Source: a bacterium
Lineage (GTDB): Bacteria; Krumholzibacteriota; Krumholzibacteriia; LZORAL124-64-63
Assembly: GCA_031441465.1 (NCBI GenBank)
Contig: JANOEP010000047.1
Location: 1 to 64,000, forward strand
Reading direction: 5' to 3'
DNA length: 64,000 nucleotides
A program made the translations under genes and the position numbers. This document shows, in pieces, positions 56,977 through 64,000 of the stretch; position 1 is the first letter of the stretch; every line of letters starts with the position of its first letter. The notes beneath the pieces are model-generated. The model was given only the letters and a program-made list of their open reading frames with translations. It had not been told where the DNA came from and ran no database searches.

Positions 56977-58826
56977 CGGCGACCCCCTGGGACGGGCTGC
57001 AGGGTCGCGGACGCGGCGCCGAAGCCGGGCGCGGCCGCCCGCACGACGAGCGTGCGCCCGCGCGGCGCGCGCACCAGCCAGCGCACGGGAGCGGATCCCA
57101 TCGCGGGCACCTGGGCCGCGACCTGCCGGGCGAGCCCTTCGAGCAACTCGGCCCCCTCCAGCGTCACGACCACCGGTTCGGGCCGTCGCGTGCGCCGCCC
57201 CTGCGCCGTGGGGTACGGCAACGGGCCGTCGTTGTGGACGCGCGCGGTCACTTCCCAGACCTCGCCGCCGCGACTCTCGGCCTCGATCGTCACGGAGGCG
57301 AGCCGCGGCAGCCAACCTGCCAGATCCATCACCAAGGGGATCTGGCGGCTCAACAAGGAGTCGGTCATTGCTGCCGGGGGCGCCCGCATCGCTCCGGGCG
57401 CCGGTCCGCCCACCAGGGCCCGGCGGTTCCCGGGCAGGGTCGTCTCCTGCCAGGGGCGCCAGGCCCGCGACGCGGGGTGCGAGGCGGCGAACAGGGACAG
57501 GGCTTCGAGCGCGGGATCGAGCCGCAGACCGGCGGCAGCCGCGGAATCGGCCTTGGCCGCGATCACCCCGCCCGCGGCGGCGGCCAGGGCCGAATCCGGC
57601 GGCGTGGGGAGCGGCAGGGGAGGCGTCCAGAAATCCAGGGCAAAGGCCGGCACGCCGAACTGGTAGTAGGCCCATTCCTCCACCGCGCCGGGGCCGGACG
57701 GGGGCGGCGCGACGCGTGACGCTCCCAGGCCCGCCGTCGTCAGACCGCGGATGTACGCGGTGGACGCGGCTCGCCACCAGGGGAGATCCCGGGTATCGGG
57801 CGCGCCGGCCGGACCGAGGTCCAGCATGCCCAGCACGTCGTCGGTGTCGAGCTGCGGCTGGTGCAGCCCCTCGCGCAGCAGGGAGACCAGTTCCGCGACG
57901 GTGAACTGGGCGAGCGGGTCGAGTCCCGTTTCCCGCGCGAGTCCCCGCGGCAGGGAGTGCTTGCGCAGCAGGGGATCGGGAGTGTCCGCGGCCACGGGGA
58001 CCTGCAGCAGCGTGTTGGCCTCGCCCAGCACCAGCACCATCGCGATCTCCGGATGGGCGAAGGCGAAGGCCAGCAGGGCGCGCGACTCCGGGCAACTCGC
58101 GGCCCAGGGGCCGTGGGCCGGCTGCCAGTGTGTGAAGCCGTGCGGGAAGTTGCGGCCGGGGATCACGCCGCCGGGCGGGTCCTCGTTCCAGGCCAGGTCC
58201 CCGTCGTCGTCACGGCCCTCGTCGAGCCAGCGGTAGAGTCCGCGTTCCCCGCGCGCGGCGTCGGCCCGGCGCGGGACGCCCGTCGGCCCCTCGCCCGGCA
58301 ACCATTCGCCTTCGGGGTCGGCCAGCAGCATCGAGGTGATGGCGCCGTCGCCGTCCAGATCGTCGGGGCCGTCCTCGTCCACGGCGCCGTCGGCGTCGTC
58401 GTCCACCGCCGTCCCGTTGCGGCCGTCGCCGGTGGCCGGCTCCCCCCGCAAGCGGGCGGCGCCGTCGGGATCCAACTGGGGCACGACGATCCAGGTCACG
58501 GTAGCGGCGCGACCGGTCGGGTCACCCGCGAGCAGGCGCGCGGCCAGCGCCAGCGCGGCCTCGGTCGCCAGGGGCGTCGTGCCGAGGGGGTCGGCCACCA
58601 CCAGCACGGCCGACGGAGTGTCGACGCCGGGGTCCACCGATGGCGGGATCGTCAACATCGGGACAGGCCGGCCGCCGGGGGTTGTCGTCAGGGTCGTGAC
58701 GGTGCCCCGGCGGTACTGACGCGCGAGCCGGTCGAGTGACGATTCGAGGGAGTCGCCGGCTACCGGGCCGGCGACTGTGATCACCGAAGCGGCCAGGATC
58801 AAGACGGGCATCTTGTTACGCGACAT
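56973..58826 (-). CDS. Secreted M14-like protein with degenerate zinc site
   Basis: Same scaffold and DxDxDG insert as the neighbour; ADPLGTTP in place of HxxE; PGRNF in place of LNRN. Confidence 0.8.
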   Translation of the reverse strand: MSRNKMPVLILAASVITVAGPVAGDSLESSLDRLARQYRRGTVTTLTTTPGGRPVPMLTIPPSVDPGVDTPSAVLVVADPLGTTPLATEAALALAARLLAGDPTGRAATVTWIVVPQLDPDGAARLRGEPATGDGRNGTAVDDDADGAVDEDGPDDLDGDGAITSMLLADPEGEWLPGEGPTGVPRRADAARGERGLYRWLDEGRDDDGDLAWNEDPPGGVIPGRNFPHGFTHWQPAHGPWAASCPESRALLAFAFAHPEIAMVLVLGEANTLLQVPVAADTPDPLLRKHSLPRGLARETGLDPLAQFTVAELVSLLREGLHQPQLDTDDVLGMLDLGPAGAPDTRDLPWWRAASTAYIRGLTTAGLGASRVAPPPSGPGAVEEWAYYQFGVPAFALDFWTPPLPLPTPPDSALAAAAGGVIAAKADSAAAAGLRLDPALEALSLFAASHPASRAWRPWQETTLPGNRRALVGGPAPGAMRAPPAAMTDSLLSRQIPLVMDLAGWLPRLASVTIEAESRGGEVWEVTARVHNDGPLPYPTAQGRRTRRPEPVVVTLEGAELLEGLARQVAAQVPAMGSAPVRWLVRAPRGRTLVVRAAAPGFGAASATLQPVPGGRR

Positions 58827-59332
58827 CGGCGCCTCTCGAGCTGAGGGCGGGATCCCTAGGCTGACGCGGGCGAGTATAACGGAACCCGGCGGGCGGGGTC
58901 ATGGTGCGATTTCAGCCGATGATTTGCCCGCAGATACAATCAATACGGTACAACATCCGCAGTCCGAATCGTCCCGGGGGGGGGGCAGGTTGATCCTGTG
59001 CTGTTCCAGGTCTGACCATTCTCCATCACGATCGGACACCGCCTGAAGAAGATTGCGATCATCATGGTGGTCCTGCTGACCGCCGTCGGCGCCGCCGCCG
59101 GCGACATCCTCAGGTGGGCCGACACCGACAACATACATGACATAAATGACACAGTGTCACGACAAGATTGGCGCCCTGAAGTGGCCGGCTGCTGTGGCAC
59201 GCGCGGGAGAATCTTTTAAGTTTTTATATTGCAATATGTTACTGACGCGCCGATGTTTGCGGAGTTCGGATCCCCCATCTGGTCCCCGAGATGCTATGTC
59301 CCGGCCTGTACCATTCCGTCCGGGAGGATGCG

Positions 59333-61927
59333 ATGAAGAACTGGACCGTGAACGCCGGCGAGGCCCTGCAGAGGGCGCAGACCAAGGCCTACGAATCCGG
59401 GCACGCCGAGCTCGAGCCGCTGCACCTGTTGTGGGCGTTGCTGAGCGAGACCGGTCTGGCCGGCCGGGCCCTGCGCAGCCTGGAGACCGATCCCCGCCTC
59501 GTGCAGGCCACGATCGAGCGCGAACTGGCGAGCCTGCCCGTCGTTCAGGTCAAGGAGGTGCCGAATCCCGGCCGGGCGTTCCAGCAGCTCGTGCTCGAGG
59601 CGCAGGCGCTCGCGGGCAAGGACGCGGCGATGGTCGGCACCAGGGAGCTGCTGCTCGCGCTGGCCGCCGATCACGGCCGGGCCGGCAGCCTGCTGCAGAC
59701 CTTCGACGTCACCCCGGAAAAACTCGCCCGCGCGCTGGAGTCTCTCGGCGCCGACCAGGCCTATCGCGGCGACGACGAGTCCGGTGTCGCGGACGGCGGC
59801 GAATCCGCCCTCGGACGCTACGCCCGCGACCTGTGCGCGGCCGCGCGCGCCGGCAAGATCGACCCCGTCATCGGCCGCGACGAGGAGATCCGCCGCGTCG
59901 TGCAGATCCTCTCGCGCCGCACCAAGAACAACCCGGTGCTGATCGGCAGCCCCGGCGTGGGCAAGACCGCCGTGGTCGAGGGGCTCGCACGGCGGCTGGT
60001 CGAAGGGGACGTGCCGCTCGGCCTGCGCGACAAGACCCTGTACGCCCTGGACATGGGGGCGCTGCTGGCCGGGGCCAAGTACCGCGGCGATTTCGAGGAA
60101 CGCCTGAAGAAGGTCGTCCAGGAGGTGACCGCCCGCGAAGGCGAGGTGCTGCTGTTCATCGACGAGATGCACACGCTCGTGGGCGCCGGCGCCGCCGAGG
60201 GCGCCATGGACGCGAGCAACATCCTGAAGCCCGCCCTCGCGCGCGGCGAGCTGCACTGCGTCGGCGCGACCACCATCGACGAGTACCGCCGCCACATCGA
60301 GAAGGACCCGGCGCTCGAGCGGCGGTTCCAGCCGGTGCTGGTCGAAGAGCCGACCCAGGAGCAGGCCGTCGCGATCCTGCGCGGCCTGAAGGAACGGTAC
60401 GAGGTGCACCACGGCATCCGCATCGCCGACTCGGCCCTGGTGGCGGCGGTGAAGCTCTCGAGCCGCTACCTCAGCGACCGCATGCTGCCGGACAAGGCGA
60501 TCGACCTCATGGACGAGGCCGCGTCGCAGCTGCGCATGGAGATCGATTCGGTGCCCGCCGAGGTCGACGACCTGCAGCGCCGCCTGCAGCAGCTGGAGAT
60601 GGAGAAGCTGGCGCTGGAGAAGGAGGTCGACCGCGCCGCCATCGGACGACGCGAGGCGATCGACCGCCAGATCGCCGAGCTGCGCGACGACCTGGGCCGG
60701 CTCCGCGCCCGCTGGGAACAGGAGAAGGCCGCGATCGACGCCATCCGCACGCTCCAGGCTCGGCAGGAACAGCTCGGCGCGGACATCGAGGAGGCCCAGC
60801 GGCGCGGCGATCTGGCGCGCGCCTCGCAGCTGAAGTACGGCAGCGCCACCGAGCTGTCCGCGGAACTCGCCCGCGCCCGCGCCGACCTCGTCGCGGTGCA
60901 GGGGGCCGAGCCGATGCTCAAGGAAGAAGTCGATGCGCAGGACGTCGCGGCCCTGGTGGCGAAGTGGACCGGCATCCCGGCGCAGCGCTTGCTGGAGGAC
61001 GACGTCGCGCGCCTGCGCGAACTCGAGTCGCGCCTGACCGCGCGCGTGGTCGGCCAGGACCGGGCCGTCGCGCAGGTGGCGCGCACGGTGAGGCGCTCGC
61101 GCGCGGGGTTGAGCGACCGCCAGCGGCCGCTGGGTTCGTTCCTGTTCCTCGGCCCCACCGGCGTGGGCAAGACCGAGCTGGTCAAGGCGCTGGCCGCCGA
61201 ACTCTTCGGCGACGAGAGCCACATGGTCCGCCTGGACATGAGCGAGTACATGGAGCGCCACAGCGTCGCGCGCATGATCGGCGCGCCCCCGGGCTACGTG
61301 GGCTTCGAGTCCGGCGGGCAGCTGACCGAGGCCGTCAGGCGCCACCCGTACACGGTCATCCTGTTCGACGAGGTGGAGAAGGCCCACCCCGAGGTCATGA
61401 ACGTGCTCCTGCAGCTGCTGGACGACGGGCGCCTGACCGACGGCAAGGGGCGGGTCGTGGACTTCCGCAACGCGCTGGTCGTGATGACCAGCAACCTGGC
61501 TCAGGACGAGCGCTTCGCCCCGCGCGAGGATGCGGACGAGCAGGGCCGGCGGGAGCAGGAACAGGAACTCCTGCAGGAACTGGGTCGGCATTTCCGGCCC
61601 GAATTCCTCAACCGGATCGACGCGGTGGTGCGGTTCGGCGCGTTGGACCGCGAGTTGATCCGGCGCATCGTCGTGCTGGAACTGGCGAAGGTCGCCCGCG
61701 CCCTGCAGGAGCAGGAGATCGGCTTGACCTGGTCCGACGGCGCCGTCGACCGCCTCGCCGAACTGGGGTTCGATCCGCATTTCGGCGCCCGCCCCGTCAA
61801 GCGCGTCATCCAGCATGAGGTGCAGGACCGCTTGGCCGACGCCATCCTCGCCGGCGCCGTGCTTCCCGGCCAGACGGCCCGCCTGGACCGGGAGTCCGGG
61901 GAGCTGATGGTTGCTCCAGAGGACTGA
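59333..61927 (+). CDS. clpB: ATP-dependent disaggregase ClpB
   Basis: Clp N-domain, [12 protein letters not shown], Walker A GSPGVGKT and GPTGVGKT, coiled-coil M domain, [22 protein letters not shown]. Confidence 0.96.
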   Translation: MKNWTVNAGEALQRAQTKAYESGHAELEPLHLLWALLSETGLAGRALRSLETDPRLVQATIERELASLPVVQVKEVPNPGRAFQQLVLEAQALAGKDAAMVGTRELLLALAADHGRAGSLLQTFDVTPEKLARALESLGADQAYRGDDESGVADGGESALGRYARDLCAAARAGKIDPVIGRDEEIRRVVQILSRRTKNNPVLIGSPGVGKTAVVEGLARRLVEGDVPLGLRDKTLYALDMGALLAGAKYRGDFEERLKKVVQEVTAREGEVLLFIDEMHTLVGAGAAEGAMDASNILKPALARGELHCVGATTIDEYRRHIEKDPALERRFQPVLVEEPTQEQAVAILRGLKERYEVHHGIRIADSALVAAVKLSSRYLSDRMLPDKAIDLMDEAASQLRMEIDSVPAEVDDLQRRLQQLEMEKLALEKEVDRAAIGRREAIDRQIAELRDDLGRLRARWEQEKAAIDAIRTLQARQEQLGADIEEAQRRGDLARASQLKYGSATELSAELARARADLVAVQGAEPMLKEEVDAQDVAALVAKWTGIPAQRLLEDDVARLRELESRLTARVVGQDRAVAQVARTVRRSRAGLSDRQRPLGSFLFLGPTGVGKTELVKALAAELFGDESHMVRLDMSEYMERHSVARMIGAPPGYVGFESGGQLTEAVRRHPYTVILFDEVEKAHPEVMNVLLQLLDDGRLTDGKGRVVDFRNALVVMTSNLAQDERFAPREDADEQGRREQEQELLQELGRHFRPEFLNRIDAVVRFGALDRELIRRIVVLELAKVARALQEQEIGLTWSDGAVDRLAELGFDPHFGARPVKRVIQHEVQDRLADAILAGAVLPGQTARLDRESGELMVAPED

Positions 61928-62376
61928 CGAACATGTACGTACAGGTACACGCCGAAGCAAAGTCGAAAAATCGGGCTTGACGGAGGGGTCGGCGCGTTGC
62001 AGAGATAGTGCGCGCGAACGGAGTACGTGACGCCGGATGGTGTTCCACGCCCGTGTGCTTCCGGCACCTGCCGGTGGCCTCGGATCGTGGCACCGTACGA
62101 GAAGAGCCGCAGCGACATCGGCGAGACAACGCGGCCGTCGGTCCTCGATCCGGCCGGCGAACACGCCGACGGGGTGGGCCGAAGAGAGTCTATCCTCTTC
62201 TTGTACCCAAGCACGCGGCCGGTGTTCCCGACTACCGTAAGGAATTGCACGACGGTGGGCCCGAGCCACCGTCGAGACGCCGCCAGTGGCGGCGGGCAAA
62301 GCGGTCCTCGCTCGCCCGGGATGAGCCCGGGACGAACCCGCGGACCAGATGCTCGGGACTTTCTGGAGGAATGACC

Positions 62377-62979
62377 ATGCGTATTTCGAAGCTTCACGTC
62401 GTTGCGGTTCTGATGCTCGGGCTCTTGCTGGGTCTTGCCGGCTGCTCGAAGCTGCCCGTGGAGACGGTCACGGCCATGCAGACGGCCATGGACGGTGCCA
62501 AGGCCGCCGGCGCGGAGACCTACGCGCGTGACGCCCTGAACCAGGCCATGGAGACCAAGGCTCAGGCCGACGCCGAGATCGAGACCCAGAACGGCAAGTT
62601 CGCCCTCATGCGCTCGTACAAGAAGTCGACCGAGATGCTGACCCTCGCCACCCAGCAGTTCGAGCAGGCCAACCAGGCCGCCGTCGCCGGCAAGGAGCGC
62701 GCTCGCGTCGCTGCCAACGCCGCCGTCGAGGCTGCCACCGCCGCCCTGGCCGCCACGAACGAGTTCCTGGCCAAGGCCCCCCGCGGCAAGAACACCAAGG
62801 CGGAGCTCGAGGCCATGCAGCAGGAGCTGGTCGTGCTGCAGGGCGCCCTGGGCGAGGCCGCTGCCGGCGTCGCCGCCGAGGACTACATCAACGCCAAGGC
62901 GAAGGCCGACGTTGTGACCCAGAAGGCTGCTGAGATCCAGGCGGACATCCAGAACGCCATGGACAAGGCCAAGCGCTAA
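62377..62979 (+). CDS. Ala/Lys-rich helical lipoprotein (DUF4398-like)
   Basis: GGAGGA RBS; lipobox LAGC; all-helical composition; ends MDKAKR. Confidence 0.85.
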   Translation: MRISKLHVVAVLMLGLLLGLAGCSKLPVETVTAMQTAMDGAKAAGAETYARDALNQAMETKAQADAEIETQNGKFALMRSYKKSTEMLTLATQQFEQANQAAVAGKERARVAANAAVEAATAALAATNEFLAKAPRGKNTKAELEAMQQELVVLQGALGEAAAGVAAEDYINAKAKADVVTQKAAEIQADIQNAMDKAKR

Positions 62980-62994
62980 CAGCCTGCACGCACG

Positions 62995-63026
62995 CGCCGC
63001 CGGTGGTTCGCCACCGGCGGCGTTTT
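62995..63026 (+). terminator. Intrinsic terminator
   Basis: CGCCGCCGGTGG-TTCG-CCACCGGCGGCG followed by TTTT. Confidence 0.85.
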
Positions 63027-63083
63027 ATCCTGCCGGTGGGGGCGGGACGGAACCTTCTCCCCCAATTAGGACCTCAAGACATC

Positions 63084-64000
63084 ATGATGGCCAAGAAGCG
63101 TCGTCGACCCGTGGTGCGCTGGTTCTTCAGGATCCTGGGCCTGCTCACGTTCGCCGCCGTCGTGGTGACCGCCTACCACATGCTCTGGCCGCCCCCCCTG
63201 CCCACGACCCAGGTCGCCACCGCCCGCTCCGCCCTGCGCCTGGCCCACGCCGCACCGCCGCTGGCGTCCAGCGAGCTGGCCCGGGCCGAAAAGATCAGCT
63301 GGCTGATGGAAAGGCACTTCGCCCAGGAGCGCGCCAAGATCGTGCGCTACCGCCGCAACCGCGAGCTGGAGGCGGAGGTGCAGAGCCTGCTCGACGCGGC
63401 GCGCGCCGCCGAGCAGGTCGCGCGCGAGCGGCACATCACCGGCCTGGAGGAAAGCCGCCTGCGCTACCGTGAACTGGCCTCGCGCCTGGCCGCCATGACG
63501 GGCAACGTGGCGTCGGTGCCCGGCGAGCGGAAGCTGCAGCGCTCCTACCGCAACGCGGAGATGGCGCTCGACCAGGTGCGCGAACTGCAGCGCATCGAAA
63601 AGCTCGACTCGCTGCCCGGGGCGCTCGCGTCGGCCGAGTCCGCCGTCGGTCGCGCCGAGGAACTCATCGGCTCGCACTTCGCCCGCCTGCACGACCCCAA
63701 GCTGCGGGCCCTGTGGAAGCGGCTCGTCGACGAGACCGTGGCGGGCACGCGCGGCGGCGGGATGGCGATCATCATCGACAAGCTCAACCGGCGCTGCGTC
63801 GTGGTGAAGAACGGCCGCAAGACGACCGAGTACCCCGCCGACTTCGGTCGCAAGGGACTGCTGGACAAGGTCCACTCCGGGGACGGCGCCACGCCCGAGG
63901 GCCGCTATCATGTGACGAAGAAGAACGCGGGCAGCCGCTACTACCGGGCTTTGCTCATCAACTACCCCAACGCCGAGGACCAGGCGCGTTACGCTTCGGC
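63084..64000 (+). CDS. L,D-transpeptidase-family (YkuD; YafK/DpaA-like) protein, runs off the window end
   Basis: Absent from the ORF track; my translation gives MMAKKRRR, a TM helix, a helical domain, then IIIDKLNRR..Y...G....DK..SGD.ATPEGRY.V..K...SRYYRALLINYPN.ED. Confidence 0.85.
   Translation, partial: MMAKKRRRPVVRWFFRILGLLTFAAVVVTAYHMLWPPPLPTTQVATARSALRLAHAAPPLASSELARAEKISWLMERHFAQERAKIVRYRRNRELEAEVQSLLDAARAAEQVARERHITGLEESRLRYRELASRLAAMTGNVASVPGERKLQRSYRNAEMALDQVRELQRIEKLDSLPGALASAESAVGRAEELIGSHFARLHDPKLRALWKRLVDETVAGTRGGGMAIIIDKLNRRCVVVKNGRKTTEYPADFGRKGLLDKVHSGDGATPEGRYHVTKKNAGSRYYRALLINYPNAEDQARYAS

Noticed and set aside
55237..58095. 952-aa ORF suggesting a frameshifted single M14 gene
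   Set aside because: Each gene has its own signal peptide and full scaffold, joined by an ATGA overlap
59195..59210. TGGCAC as a sigma54 -24 box upstream of clpB
   Set aside because: No TTGC at the required -12 spacing
1..64000. CRISPR arrays, tRNA/rRNA, IS elements, prophage, defence systems
   Set aside because: No repeat-spacer periodicity, RNA gene signatures, or transposase/integrase/phage/nuclease motifs recognised by eye

Overview
High-GC (about 70% by eye) diderm bacterial DNA. Three proteins with T9SS-like C-terminal domains, a PorV/PorQ-like barrel and a protein ending TWGSVKTLYR point to an FCB-superphylum candidate lineage such as Ca. Krumholzibacteriota or Latescibacterota (inference). 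Layout: (1) 0.2-9.7 kb, a co-oriented glycan-uptake-like locus with no SusD: TonB-dependent receptor, an ~1100-aa secreted protein, a PorV/PorQ-like barrel, a GH144/glycoamylase-like enzyme and a secreted protein with a short unusual tail. (2) 9.8-15.7 kb: DsrC/TusE protein, a 14-repeat beta-propeller surface protein, an octaheme cytochrome c and YcbK. (3) 15.8-41.8 kb, a mosaic surface-polysaccharide locus with two flippases, two polymerase/ligase-type proteins, two initiating transferases and a lower-GC cassette. (4) 41.8-64 kb, mostly housekeeping genes (thrC, mutM, djlA-like, GGDEF, pepF, DtxR/MntR, clpB), an active plus degenerate M14 peptidase pair, and a helical lipoprotein followed by an L,D-transpeptidase behind a long structured leader. 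I found no rRNA, tRNA, CRISPR array or transposase/integrase. All family calls come from motif recognition, not database searches.
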